From positions 91,016,001 through 91,080,000 of the forward strand of contig OZ024745.1 in the NCBI GenBank assembly GCA_964016885.1: DNA of 64,000 bases, read 5' to 3'. The stretch comes from Eledone cirrhosa. Taxonomy: Eukaryota. This document shows positions 12,600-25,005 of the stretch, piece after piece (within the stretch, counting starts at the first letter, position 1; each line of letters opens with the position of its first letter). The notes under the pieces were generated by a model, which saw only the letters and a program-made list of their open reading frames with translations, was not told the origin of the DNA and ran no database searches. The translations under genes were made by a program, and so were the position numbers.

Positions 12600-15500
12600 C
12601 TAGTCCCGCTCCTTGCTATTAGTGGGGGACTGGAATGGTATCCTAGATGCACGCTGGGACTACGTAGGGGCCTGTCCCGATAGAGAGGGGTGTAATAGCC
12701 TCAAAGGGTTAATCGGTCGATTTGACCTGGCCGATAGATATCGACTAGATTTTCCGACTGCGCCAACCTGGACTTGGGCAAATCGTAGCGGATCATCTAG
12801 GTCGTACCTAGATAGGTTCTTAGTTAGAATTAAGGATAAGGACTTTTTAAGTTGTCCAAAAATGCGCATGGTTGGCTATTCAGACCACAAATTAGTGACC
12901 TGCATGGTCAACCTTGACAGAACTCATAGACAGGGACCCGGTTACTGGAAGCTCAACTTGTCCTTACCGGCAAGTAAGGCTTACAGGAACCGGATTAGCA
13001 CTTTAGTTAAGGAGCGGTTGACGGGCGCCATCGTCATCAGCAGGTGGTGGGGATCTCTCAAAAGAGAGATTAGAGTAGTCTCTATAGAATTTAGTAAGGA
13101 GTTAGCCTCCAATAGAAATAGGAAGGAAAGGGAGTTGGTAGATAGTGTAGAAGAGGCAATTAGAAGCGGCGACGTGGCCAGAGTGCTAGCGTCGAGAACG
13201 GCCCTGGGCCAGTTCTTCGACACGAAACACGAAGGCTGCATCGTCCGAAGCAAAATACGTGCTCTGGGAAACGAGGGGACCAAAGCTGTTAGCTGGGCCC
13301 GCGTGACAGAAGCCAAAAGAGGGAGCAGATCCACTATCCGGTCTTTGCGAGACCAGGATGGACGGGTGATCCTTGAACCTAAGCAGATGTGCGAGGCTTT
13401 TCAAAAGCACTTTGCCGAATTGTTCGGAAGGGGCGGGGGGCCGGTTGGGGACGTGGACTTCGGTCCATACCTCGACGGCCTGCCGCGTCTCTTGGACAGG
13501 GAGGCGAAGTCCTGCGAGGAGCCGATTTCGGCCGCTGAGATAGAGGACGTGCTGAGCCAATGCGGCAAACGCAAATCCCCGGGTCTCGATGGTCTTCCAT
13601 ACGAACTATATCTAGCTATGCCGGACTTGTTCCCCGAACTCCTCGAGGCGGTCTACTGCAACTGGCAACAGAACGGGAGAATTCCCTGTGCTGTGACCAA
13701 GGGCGTAGTCACGCTAGTGAGGAAGGACGAGAACAAGGGGGACGATATAAATAATTTCAGGCCCATAACTCTGCTAAATACAGAGTTACAGATTTTGGCC
13801 AAGGTGCTAGCAAAGAGGTTGGCGCTTGTCGTGGGCAACCTGGTGGGAGATGCGCAGACATGTGCTATCCCGTCCAGGTCCATCCACGATAACCTCCACC
13901 TCATGCGATACATCATAGAGAGGGTTGGGAACGAACCCGGCTTTGGTGGGGCCCTGATCAACTTGGATCAATCTAAGGCATTCGATAGGGTCGACCATGG
14001 TTACCTGGATGCGGTGCTAGCGGTGGCAGGCTTCGGACCCGTTTTCAGGGGCTGGATCAATGCCATGCACAGCAGCCGCATCTGCTCTAGGGTCAAGGTG
14101 AACGGCTACCTTTCGGAGCCGTTCGAAATCGCGTGGTCCATCCGACAGGGGTCCCCTCTCTCCTCCCTTCTGTATGTAGTGACTCTAGAGCCACTGCTGC
14201 GGAAGTTGGAGTTGTTGCAGGGCATCCCGTTGGAACCGGGATTGCGGAAAGCGGTGTCAGCCTACGCCGATGACGTAACAATAATGGTGTCGACGGCCTC
14301 GGAAATCGGGGCGATCGGCACCTTACTGGAGGAGTACGAAAGGTTTACAGGGGCTAAGCTGAACCGGGACAAGTCGATCGGTCTGCAACTCGGCACGTGG
14401 AGGGGCAGATCGATGCCCTCCGATGGCGTCGTCGGGCGCTGGACGGAGGGCCCGGTGAAGTTGCTCGGGGTCTGGTTCGGACCAGACCTCCAGGTGGAGA
14501 AGAACTGGGGTGAGGTGACGAGCAGGGTGTTTGCACTGACCCAGAAGTGGGCCGAGTGCAAACTGTCCCTGAAAGGTCGGGCAGAGGTGGCGAACACTTA
14601 TATAGCGTCCGTCATCTACTACCGCCTGACCGTGGTGCCTTGCCCAAGGGAAACGCTCGCCAAAATGAAGCGCGCACTCTTCCAATTCCTTTGGAAGAAG
14701 CGGGCTCCTATGGTGAGGAGATCCATCTGCTGTCAACACCCTTCGAAAGGAGGGCTGGAGATGCCGTGGCTAATGATACGTAAACACGCATTAAGGCTAC
14801 GGCACCTTCAGGTATTCCTCTCCGGTCAACCGGTGTGGGCCCCGTTTGTGAGGCGAGCCTTTCCCAGACTCGTCTCACTCACCGAGCTGCAATCCTGGGT
14901 CAAGCAAAGACCGAGAAAACTGGGCGCCTGGCACACCGAGTGTGCCCAGGCGCTCACGGCTCTCTGGCAGGCGGACCCGGCTGTCAGTGGAGAATCCACC
15001 TCGTCATTCTATAGAGGGCTGGTGGTTAGCAGGTGCGACGACGCCCTCGGAGAAGCCCTAGGCATGGAGGAAGACGAACTGGCCAACCTGTTCGGTAGGA
15101 CATTCAGCCCGGGACCCATGGATAACTTCCAGAGGTCCCTAGCCTGGCAATGCTACAGAAGGGCTCTGCCCTTTCGAGAAAGGCTCTACAGACACGGGCG
15201 CCCGGGTAGGGACCCTTCGAAAAAGATCTGTCCCAGATGCGTGTGCGACGAGGAAACCGTTGCACACGCATTGGTACACTGCTCGGGCATTGCCGATCTG
15301 TGGGGCTATGTCGAACAACTGCTGTCAAGGGTGGGACCAATCCGGTTGACCACCGAGTCTATTGTAACGATCAAGCCGCCTCCCCTCTTCAAAAACGAAG
15401 GAGAGGCGGTGTTTCTGTGCGTAATAGCCATGGCGAAAGAGGTCGTATGGTGGACGCGTCTGAAAGGACTGAGGTCAGACACCTTTCTCTCTGGCCAACA

Positions 15501-15908
15501 ACTGGTCCGTTTCTTCCGATATCATTTCGGAAGAAGGATCAGGATGGAGAGAGAGGTGCTGCACCCCAGCCGTTTCTATGAAAGATGGGTGAAAGTGGCG
15601 AGAATGGCCCGTGTGAATGGGCCTTCACTCTACATCAGACTATAGGTGAGGAAGATGAAAGACCAAGGGAGCACCCCTTCTCTGTGCTCCTGAGGAGAAG
15701 GGTTGCACAATTTTTTCGGGGGTGTGTGCGACCCCCCAAGGCGCCTCCTCTCTATTGAGGACTTTGTTATAAATTTTATTTTTTGTTATATTTTATTTTA
15801 TTTTTATATATTGTTATTGCCTCCTCCTTATTGAGGACGCCTTGTTTTGTAAACTCCCCCCATTGTACTTGTCCCACTTTTGATGCCCTGGTGGCAAATA
15901 AAAGAAAC
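12600..15908 (+). mobile_element. 5'-truncated L1/Tx1-type LINE inside a (TA)n tract
   Basis: Long ORF2, then a ~260-bp 3' UTR ending GGTGGCAAATAAAAGAAA. TA repeats on both sides. GC content well above the flanks. Confidence 0.93.
12613..15645 (+). CDS. LINE ORF2: C-terminal half of APE endonuclease, reverse transcriptase and CCHC zinc knuckle; N-terminus lost
   Basis: APE motifs GDWN, YLDRFL, SDH. RT motifs KSPGLDGL, FRPITLLN, LDQSKAFDRV, RQGSPLS, AYADD. C-terminal CPRC-x8-H-x4-C. No stop in 1010 codons; the TTG start is an ORF-caller artefact. Confidence 0.93.
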   Translation: MLLVGDWNGILDARWDYVGACPDREGCNSLKGLIGRFDLADRYRLDFPTAPTWTWANRSGSSRSYLDRFLVRIKDKDFLSCPKMRMVGYSDHKLVTCMVNLDRTHRQGPGYWKLNLSLPASKAYRNRISTLVKERLTGAIVISRWWGSLKREIRVVSIEFSKELASNRNRKERELVDSVEEAIRSGDVARVLASRTALGQFFDTKHEGCIVRSKIRALGNEGTKAVSWARVTEAKRGSRSTIRSLRDQDGRVILEPKQMCEAFQKHFAELFGRGGGPVGDVDFGPYLDGLPRLLDREAKSCEEPISAAEIEDVLSQCGKRKSPGLDGLPYELYLAMPDLFPELLEAVYCNWQQNGRIPCAVTKGVVTLVRKDENKGDDINNFRPITLLNTELQILAKVLAKRLALVVGNLVGDAQTCAIPSRSIHDNLHLMRYIIERVGNEPGFGGALINLDQSKAFDRVDHGYLDAVLAVAGFGPVFRGWINAMHSSRICSRVKVNGYLSEPFEIAWSIRQGSPLSSLLYVVTLEPLLRKLELLQGIPLEPGLRKAVSAYADDVTIMVSTASEIGAIGTLLEEYERFTGAKLNRDKSIGLQLGTWRGRSMPSDGVVGRWTEGPVKLLGVWFGPDLQVEKNWGEVTSRVFALTQKWAECKLSLKGRAEVANTYIASVIYYRLTVVPCPRETLAKMKRALFQFLWKKRAPMVRRSICCQHPSKGGLEMPWLMIRKHALRLRHLQVFLSGQPVWAPFVRRAFPRLVSLTELQSWVKQRPRKLGAWHTECAQALTALWQADPAVSGESTSSFYRGLVVSRCDDALGEALGMEEDELANLFGRTFSPGPMDNFQRSLAWQCYRRALPFRERLYRHGRPGRDPSKKICPRCVCDEETVAHALVHCSGIADLWGYVEQLLSRVGPIRLTTESIVTIKPPPLFKNEGEAVFLCVIAMAKEVVWWTRLKGLRSDTFLSGQQLVRFFRYHFGRRIRMEREVLHPSRFYERWVKVARMARVNGPSLYIRL

Positions 15909-15923
15909 ATATATATATATATA

Positions 15924-16635
15924 TTAGCTAAACTACCTGATTGAATGGTTCAAGTAGCTTTTGATGTAGCTAATTAAACTAAACAAAGTAAATTTGAATA
16001 CGCAGAAGAAAAACGTACTTTATGTAAACATGAAAACCTTAGGCACTATTCCAGTGAAATAATTAATGTGAGCTTGGTGTCTTTTTTGACAACAGTAAAA
16101 GCGCATCATGAAATAGAGAAGTGAAGTGAATAATAGACACTATTATGTACAAAGCATAATATTGTAAAAGTTATGACATCACTTAATGTATGAACATCAA
16201 GCTTGAAACGATAAATGTCAAATCTATAACTGTCAAATCTATAACTTAACTTAGTAATCTGTTAGAAATTGCTGGTTGTGAAATATACAAAATGATATTG
16301 TTAGTTTCAAGGAAGCGTACCTTTTGTTTCAAGTACAAAGAGTAAATTAAAATCCGAATGAGCCGAATTACGAAAGATAACTCTTGTCTTACTTAAAGAT
16401 AACTCTTGTCTTACTTAATCACGAAAATTCACACAAATAACCGAAACCTTTTTAATGTCTCCAAAGGCCCCAATATCGATTTTTGAAAGCCTTTGTAGAT
16501 CACGTACAGGTTTTGTGCAAGGAGAAGCTCTGTAAAAAATTTCAAAGAAATCGCATGAATGGTTTAGAATATATGAGCCCTCATTAAAAATTGTCCACAC
16601 ACACACATACAGAAAACTTCGTCTTTATATATATA
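15924..16635 (-). mobile_element. Possible non-autonomous Helitron-like element
   Basis: Minus strand ends in CTAA. The other end is (CA)n-AGAAAACTTCGTCTTTATATATA, the same layout as the clearer Helitrons at 37710 and 59297. No clean 3' hairpin. Confidence 0.4.
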
Positions 16636-16885
16636 CACAGATATATATATAAACAGAATAAATGGAGAAGGTAATACATTTAAAAACAAACTTTACATCT
16701 CACACAGTGTTTCATCTATACAATATCAAAATAACAGTTCACACATATATGTGTGTGTACTCACTCAGATGATGATGATATATATATATATATATATATG
16801 GAAAGTTATATTTAAATTGTTGGGTTACAACTAGTAAATATTTATAACTGATATAAAAGCACTCGACAAATATTTGGAGTATATT

Positions 16886-17247
16886 TATAATATTAAATAA
16901 ATGGAAACTATATTTATAAAACCATATTTATTTCATTATATATATTTCAGGGATATCATATTAACAATATGCTATGCCTTCCTCAGACAAAATACAATAT
17001 AAACAGTTTTATAGATAAATAGATTCGACATACCGTAACAACATCGACTTGTATTTGAAAAGGTTGATCTGCCAAATCAACCTTTTCAAATACAAGTCGA
17101 TGTTGTTACGGTATGTCGAATCTATTTATCTATAAAACTGTTTATATTGTATTTTGTCTGAGGAAGGCATAGCATATTGTTAATATGATATCCCTGAAAT
17201 ATATATAATGAAATAAATATGGTTTTATAAATATAGTTTCCATTTAT

Positions 17248-17258
<11 letters not shown>
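16886..17258. repeat. Long palindrome: 183-bp arms, 7-nt loop; probable Penelope-like inverted pseudo-LTR
   Basis: Arms 16886-17068 and 17076-17258 read as exact reverse complements around CTGCCAA. Lies between (TA)n tracts. Confidence 0.95.
17150..17215 (+). ncRNA. Minimal type I hammerhead ribozyme motif (mirror copy on - strand at 16929-16994)
   Basis: Stem I TATTTTGT, core CTGAGGA, stem II AGGcATAgCATATT-gtt-AATATGaTATcCCT, GAAA, palindromic stem III TATATA, TA site, stem I' ATGAAATA. Confidence 0.7.
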
Positions 17259-17282
<24 letters not shown>

Positions 17283-17285
<3 letters not shown>

Positions 17286-18550
17286 TCATCATCATTTTAC
17301 GTCCGCTCTTCCCTGCTTGCAAGGGTGGGACGGGTCTTATTCAGCACAACATCTCTCCACTTGTCACGGTCCTTCGTCATCTCCATCATGAGCTTCAGCG
17401 ATCTGAGGTCTGTTCTCACCACCTCCGCCCATTTTTTTCGTGGTCTACCTCTACCACGTCTTCCTTCAACTGGCATTTCCTGGCACTTCTTCAACCATCG
17501 GTCATCCTCCATGCACATCACATGTCCATACCACCTCAGTCTCCTCTCCTGTACACTACATTCTATCCCTCTCAGACACAGTTTCTCTCTCAACACATTC
17601 ATGCCTGGTCGTTCACATACATTGACACTGCACATCCAACGGAGCATGCTTGCCTCATTTCTCTCCATCCGTCGCATATCCTCTGCAGTTGCAGCCCATG
17701 TCTCACTACCATGCAGCATCGCGCTCCTCACACAGGCATCATATAACCAGCCTTTTGTACGCAGGGAGAAACCCTTCTTCTCAGCAGAGGAAGCAGCTCC
17801 ATAAACTTCTTCCAACCCGTCCTTATTCTAGATACTATGGCCTTGGAACACCCCCCTCCCATGCTAATCTGATCTCCTAGGTACCAGAAGCTATCCACCA
17901 CTTCTATAGCACCCGCCTGCATTTGAAAAATGTGTCTATCAATGCGACTTCTACTGTCTAATTTCCCTGTACATCTACTGCATACGTATTTCTCCCTACC
18001 TGTTAGTTTGCCTGCTATCCTGCTACATCTCTTGTGTACCCAGGATCTGCATTGTGTGCATTTTATAGAATTTATGCCAGTTCCTTTTCTGCATATCGAA
18101 CATGGCCATTTCCCTGACGGAATCAGAGTTTTGTCCTCTTTTCTACTCATCAACAGTTTTGTCTTAGCTAGGTTCACTCTCAGTCCTCTTGCTTCCAACT
18201 GCTGTTTCCATAGCCAGAATTTATTCTCTAGCTCTACTGATTCTGCTATAAGAACCAGATCGTCATCATAGAGAAGTTCCCATGGACAGCCAGTCTTAAA
18301 CTCCTCTGTTATGGCTTGGAGGACTATAATGAACAAGAGCGGGCTGAGGACCGAACCTTGATGTACTCCTACCTGTATCTGGAATTCCTCACTAAACTCC
18401 ATTCCTACCCTGACTTTACTGACAGTACCTCTGTACAAAGTTTGCACTGTCCTCACAAGCCATTCCTCAACACCTAGTTTCCTTAGGGACCACCAGATGA
18501 CAGATCGGGGTACCCTATCAAAGTCCTTCTCTAGGTCAACAAAGGCTAAG
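17283..18550 (-). mobile_element. 5'-truncated RTE LINE with PHD-like finger (subfamily A), frameshifted
   Basis: AFVDLEKDFDRVP, HQGSVLSP, LLYDDDL, C4HC3 cluster, YLGD, MLHGSETW, RRLRWYGHV, GRGRPRK, and a (GAT)n tail. Confidence 0.92.
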
Positions 18551-18560
18551 TATATATATA

Positions 18561-18601
<41 letters not shown>

Positions 18602-19364
18602 TTATATACACATACAGGGCAAAGTAGGGTGCCAGAAGTCATAGTCTAGGAGAGTAGACACTCCAAATAAAAACTAATATAGAGTGAAGAGGACTCTTGA
18701 GTCCAGTAAGACAATCTCTCTAGTGCTGGTGGCACAAATAATGCACCCAATCAATGTTATAAAGTGATTGGTGATAGGAAGGGCATCCAGCCAGAAAAAC
18801 ACCGCTAAAAATATGACAAGCATAAATATGATACATACATACATATATAGCATCAACATCATCATCATCAGGGAGTCTTATAACCATATTTGATAGGAAT
18901 GATGAAGTGGTTTTCATATAGAACTTCTATGGAAGATTACATAGAAGTAGCTCTGCACTTCTTCTGGTCGAAATCTGTTAGAAATAGAAACCAAATCTCT
19001 CTCAAACTACACTCAATCCTCTTACAACATATTATAAAATGTAGTCTTGGATATATTGTCTGAAAACAAGAAGAGATGGTCATGTCTGTAATGTCATTGA
19101 TCATAGTTCTTGCTTAGCTAGGGCTTGGATATATTGTTTGAAAACAAGAAGGGATAGTCATGGCTGTAATGACTTTGATCATAGGTCTTATTTAGTTAGG
19201 GCTGACTTGGGGATAAGTAACATCAACAACAACAAGTCTCATAAATAATTATTTTTACTTTTCTTCTGGTAGAATTATAAAATTAGTATCTTTTGTATTT
19301 ACACCAGAAACAGTTTTTTAAATGTTATTTTATATTAAATTTTCCTTTCATCCATTGTCTTTGG

Positions 19365-19773
19365 AGTAATGTTACTCAATTGAGTGCGTAGCTAGGCGAT
19401 CGGAGAGTCACTCCAAGTAGAGTGGCTACTTCTATGAATTGAAAGATCACAGCTCCGATACTATGGTCATGTGGTTAGAAAGTCTCAGGAAAGAATTGCT
19501 GGACAGATTTTATAGGCAAAACCAACCAGCAGGAGACCCAGGAGTAGACCCCGAGCAAGATAGTTGGATAACATCTATGAGCTTGGCTGGTCTCACTTAG
19601 GAACCCAGCTGGATCAATTGGAGACGGTTGCTTTTGACATAACCCACTGGAAGGAGTGTTCGAGGGCTCTGCCCCCTTTGACTTTCTTGAGAAGAAGAAG
19701 AAGAAGAAGAAGAACAAGAAGAAGAAGAAGAAGAAGAAGAAGAAGAAGAAGAAGAAGAAGAAGAAGAAGAAGA
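19365..19773 (+). mobile_element. 3' fragment of an RTE-clade LINE with a long (AGA)n tail
   Basis: Reverse-complement similarity to 26940-27260, followed by about 28 AGA triplets at 19690-19773. Confidence 0.7.
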
Positions 19774-20648
19774 ACCTTGCATTTCATCCATTCATGGTCG
19801 ATAAAAAAAATACCAGTCAAGTACTGGGTCAATTCTTCCTTTATATCCCTTTCTCACTTCTCCATCTTTCTCTGGAAGAAATCTGGTGTATTCAAACCAG
19901 GAGAGGAGATGGGCTGTATGTCAATATGGCGCCCCTACGACTCCATAAGGAGTTATGGGACTAGAGAAATATTAAATTGATTTGAATTGAAATTTTGGGT
20001 GGTTCCAAGGGACTTAACTCCTACATTAAAGAACCACAACTTCGTAATATAACTATAAATTTCTTAATATTCATTTAATAAAGTTATTTCTCCCCACCAC
20101 CACCATATGGCCAAAACATATATGGGCTGAGTGTGAAATTGAGTAACATTTAAGTTTTTTTTTTGTTTTGTTCAAAGAGTATTAGCAATATGAGTAAAGT
20201 GGATGTGTTTCAGTAGAGTGACTGTGTTTCTCTCAGTCAAGAATCAAAAGATTCACTTCACAGGATAGCTATTAACAAGCTGAGTCTATATAGGAGCATT
20301 TACATTGTCGCTTGACCTGCTAAAAATAGCAGCCAAATCCCCTCCTACTCACTTAATGTAATCTTAGTTAGATTTTAAAGAATAAAGAGATGGTTATGAC
20401 TGAAACACCTTTGGCCCCTTTGATTAAGGACTGACATGAAGTTGAATAAATATCAACATATGGTTATAGACACAGCTGAGTGTTTAAAAGGTTTGCTTTG
20501 AAGTTGTGAAGTTTTAGGTTCAATTTCATTGTGCGGCATCTTGAGCCTTTATACCTTTTTGAAACCACACCCTGTTTCTATGAATCGAAACTACCCAAAT
20601 GTAATAGGTTCCTATTTAAATTAAAACCTTCCAGCATAATTTTATATA

Positions 20649-20894
20649 CGTTGGGGTGCTGAAAAGTTCCTAGCTTTGGGTAAAAGAAAATACAGGAGGA
20701 TCAGTTTAAAGAAAATACAGGAGGATCTGTTCATTATGATTTTATTCAACATATTCCCATCTCAGATTCACACAGTTATTGCAGTGGCCATTTCAGTTTT
20801 TCTAAACCTTGTTGTCCTACCTCCCCTGTAAAGGTAACAACTCTATCCTTTTGCAATGCCCTTAAAGCCAGGGACTTTTCAGCACCCCACCTTG
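20649..20894. mobile_element. Tc1/mariner-type MITE
   Basis: TIRs TGGGGTGCTGAAAAGTTCCTAGCTTT / AAAGCCAGGGACTTTTCAGCACCCCA with TA flanks. Confidence 0.75.
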
Positions 20895-21209
20895 TAAGAA
20901 TAGTTTATCATGTTATAAATACCATTTTAATGAAATTCTAATTTTAGTAAATCTTTCCCAAATTTTTAACTCAGTTGTTTAAATAACTCAGTGTTCATCC
21001 TGTAAAGTGACTGAGGACCCGTCATTGGCAAGTTTTATAATATTCAATGGTCATCTATATAAAACAGCTATATTGTCATTTAATAACTTTCTATAAGTTG
21101 TTACTTTCACAAAGCCTTTTATGTATATATTACTTTAACTTTATTCAAAGATTTTCTTGGACATCAGAGAGTAACATGAACAATTTATTGATGATGATAA
21201 TGATGATGA

Positions 21210-21530
21210 TAATTATTATTATTATTATTTCGCTTTTGCATCATGGTTTTCACCTGAGAGATGTAAACAAACTGACCATCAAATCTGGTGACCTCAGATA
21301 GGCAGTACCTTTTGCAGGATATGGGCTGAGCAAAGAAGAGCGGATTTTTGCAGGCAGGAAATGTTAGGTTGTTTTCCAAGTTCTTCAATTTCTTTGGTAT
21401 TCTTTGCACCAATAAGAACGGTAATCACCTATGCTGACATATTCCACAACCTAGCTGTTTCTACTCTCAACTCTGAATAGTTTCTTACCTTTTCCCATTC
21501 TTTCTCTTCAATTCTCTGATCCCCAGAGAA
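21210..21530 (-). mobile_element. Dong/R4-like (RLE) retrotransposon 3' remnant in a (TAA)n tract
   Basis: Minus strand encodes LQKSALLCSAHILQKVL, a typical R4/Dong C-terminus. ATT repeats on both sides. Confidence 0.65.
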
Positions 21531-21544
21531 TTATTATTATTATT

Positions 21545-24035
21545 ATGCTTTATGGCATAGAGTTATGCCACTTTACATCCTGAGTTCAAATCCTGCCGAG
21601 GTTAGCTTCGCTTTTCATCCTTATGAGGTCGATATAATCGACTTTCCCCACCCCCTAATTGCTGGCCTTGTGCCTATAGTAGAAATCATTATTATGCTTT
21701 ATGGCATAGAGTTATGCCCCTTTAAGATCTGAGTTCAAATCCTGCCGAGGTTAGCTTTGCCTTTCATCCTTATGAGGTCGTTAAATTTAATCAACTTACT
21801 CCTCCCCCAAAACTTCTGGCCTTGTGCCTCTAGTAGAAATCAACATTGATAGAGATGTTAGTTAATGGAGGTTGCAGTGGTGGTTGTGGCTGTGGTATGG
21901 CAAAAACAAGTTTATTTTTTAAGTTTTTTATTTTAAATTGTTAATTACTTAACACATGCACTTTAGTGCAAGTAGCAGTCAGCCTTTAAACTGAACCTTT
22001 TACAAAGAACTCAGTTTCCAGTTAGTTTAACTTATTCAATGACAATGTATTGCTTGGAACTTCTTTACCCAGCTATCATCCTCAATTTGTATCACATGTC
22101 TGAACCAGCTGAGTATTTTCTCTTCTGCATTACACCTCAATCCTATTATACCCTGTTTTTCTCTATGCTCATTTGTGTTACACAATTTATACATACTACC
22201 ATTACACTTCCTGCAGGTATGTTCAACTGAATGAATTATTTCCTGATTTTGCAGATCCTCTGCATTCTGTGTCCATGTTGCACTATTATGCAACATCATA
22301 CTTTGTACACAGGCATCATGTAATCTACCTTTCACTTGGAGAGAGAAGCTCTTTGCTGTCAGTAAAGTTAATAGCTCCTGAACTTCTACCATTTCATTAT
22401 AACTCAGAGTAGTAGATTGGCAGTAATTGTTAGTGTTGGACAACATTCTTTACGGCATAGAGTTACGGCCCTTTACATTCTGAGGTCAAATCTCGCTGAG
22501 ATTATCTTTGACTTTCATCCTTAAGGGGTCGATAAAATAAAGTACCAGTCATGCACAGAGGTCGATTTAATCGACTTTCCCTTCCCCCATAATTGCTGTG
22601 GATTGGCAGTATCGGTAGAGGGTAGGACGCCATGCTTTGACGCATAGTTACGGCCCTTGCCATTCTGAGTTCAAATCCCACCGAGGTTAACTTTGCCTTT
22701 CATCCTTATGGGATCGATAAAATAAAGTACCAGTAATACACTGGGTAATTGCTGGCCTTGTGCTAAAAGTAGAAACAATTATTACCCAGGCTGCATTCAG
22801 AACCTCCATGTCCACAGTTAATTAGGTCATCTAGGTAACAGAAGCTATCAACTACTATGAGAGCCTTCTGAAAATTTCAAAGAATTTATTTAATGGATGC
22901 TCTTACTGCTAACGGCTCTTATGGACCTGCTACATATGAACTCCTCGCTCTGTGTCAGCTTCTTTCTATTATTACTACATGTGTTTCTAGTATTACTACA
23001 TTTCTTGACTACTCGTAGTTTACATTGGGTATATTACTCTTTTACTCTTCAACTTGTTCCAGCCATCTGGTTGAGGTTATGCTGGGGCACCACCCTTGAT
23101 ATTGTATGGAATTCCTACCATCAACTTCAGTATATCAATCATGACCACTTACCAGATGTAGCAGACATGTCTTCTTTTATGTTAACTAGAACTTCTCAAT
23201 TGTAGGCTTTGCTTCCACATTTGGAATTTCCTCTCTAAATTCTAGACAGACATGAGATACAGTTGTGAGAACTAGGTCATTGGTATACTGGAGTTCCCAT
23301 GGACTGTTAGTCATAAACACTGCTGTTATGGTCAGAAAAACTATAATACACATGAAAATTCAAACAATAATTAACATTCAAATAAAATATTATCTAGTTT
23401 CCAGAGTGAAATGCATAATCTATATTTCTCAGAAGAATAATCTTGTGAATCACTGAGTCATATTTTTTATAGAAAGTTTTACAAATAACAGTAAAGTGAT
23501 GTGAGAGAAATAAGTTTATGGTAACATGGAAATTGAAGGTTGACTTCACTACAATGTTCAGTTATATCTAGTATAAATACTGTGTATTGAACTCCTATTG
23601 AGTGCTATTTATCAAGTGCAGTCTAATTATTTAACAACAGCCAATCATATCACACTCACATGTTTCAAATATGCTCACTTTTTTTGTCTATATATTAATT
23701 ATGCTTCAGCTAAATGGAGGTACATAATTTTATGCAACAGGTTCGAAATAGTCTGGCAGTTTGAGAAGTACACAATTCTTTCTGTTGCCATGGAATTATG
23801 TTCTGTGTTATTATTATCCTATGCTTGCGGTGGATTGGTAGAATCGTTTTGGAGTGTTGGAGAAAATGTTTTGTATTCTGGCTCTTTACATCATGAGTTC
23901 AAGGTCTCCTTTGCCTTTCATCCTTTCAGGGTTGATAAAATAAAGTACTAGTCATGCACTGGGGTCGATGTAATGACCTTTCCCCTACCCACAAATTGTT
24001 GGCTTTGCGCCTAAATCAGAAACCATTATTATTAT
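21545..24035 (+). mobile_element. Cluster of tRNA-derived SINEs (about 21545, 21695, 22447, 22600, 23830)
   Basis: B-box GAGTTCAAATCC, then central GCCTTTCATCCTT..GGGTCGATAAAATAAAGTACC (MetaSINE-like, from memory), then tail GGCCTTGTGCC..AGTAGAAA(ATT)n. Confidence 0.85.
22036..22390 (-). mobile_element. Old RTE remnant
   Basis: SLQVKGRLHDACVQSMMLHNSATW is homologous to the other RTE copies. Confidence 0.75.
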
Positions 24036-24044
24036 ATGCTTGCT

Positions 24045-24170
24045 TCAGTTCAATAGTTTGACTGTTCTACAGTTCATTAGTTCTACAGTTCTACGCTTCA
24101 ACAGTTCTACAGTTCAACAATTCTACAGTTCAACAGTTCTACAGTTCAACAATTCTACAGTTCTACAGTT
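24045..24170. repeat. 8-bp-based tandem repeat
   Basis: CAGTTCTA/CAGTTCAA units. Confidence 0.85.
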
Positions 24171-24654
24171 TATTGTGCTTCATTGTGTCAAAATAGAAAT
24201 TTGTAAATTACTGTTCCTTGTTCAATTACCTACACACATAAGGAAATAATCAAGACAAGACAGGTTTTTATAGAAAGCTTTACAAATAACATTAAAATGA
24301 TGTGAGAGAAATATGTTTATGGTAAAATGGAAATTGAAGGTTGACTTTATTACAACATTCAGTTATATCTAATATAAGATTGGTAGTATGAGTAGTATAA
24401 CAGTTTGAATATTTGAGATTATGACCCAGTTCTAGTTCTTAGACCTTCTACTTCACTGATGCCTTGTATTTGTTACAGATTATCTCTAACTGCTTACTTG
24501 ACCTTCTCACACTTTATGAAGATGAAACCTTCAACAGTATTCTCATAATACAATATGTTGACATGATTAAAATCTAATTATATAGTTGTGTCATTTGAAT
24601 TTGTCAAATATCTAAGAGTTTCTAGGAACCTAATAGAATTTATTTCTTTGGCAA

Positions 24655-25005
24655 AAGGCCAGACATCATGACAATCTTCCTGTTCTGCAGGGATAGGCCT
24701 CTCATATGGGATGCTACATGCTGTGATACCTTCTCTAGTGGAAACATGATGCATTTGACTATCAGCCCAGGCTCTGTTGCCTGCCAGACCGAAGTATTGG
24801 CTGCTTTTGGATAGGTTTGTGTTAGCTGCCTACAGGTGTGAGCCTTGCGAGGCGGAATGGCTGTTCCTGTGCATCTCCCTCGTCATTCTCCGAGGCAATG
24901 GATTCTCCATCCTGTCAGCTGGGACCCAGAGGCAGAGGGTAAGTTAGTTGGAGGTGAAGGATGCTCATTTGGATGTCACACATATAATAATAATAATGAT
25001 AATAA
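24655..25005 (+). mobile_element. Degraded CRE-like RLE fragment
   Basis: RPDIMTIFLFCRDRPLIWDATCCDTFSS matches RPDGMTIFQFRSGKPLVWDATCTDTFSS at about 52880; ends in TAA repeats. Confidence 0.7.

Noticed and set aside
12660-15581. Small ORFs overlapping the LINE ORF2
   Set aside because: Shadow frames of a GC-rich coding sequence.
19475-19980. Poly-K/R/S/L ORFs
   Set aside because: Translations of the (AGA)n retroelement tail.
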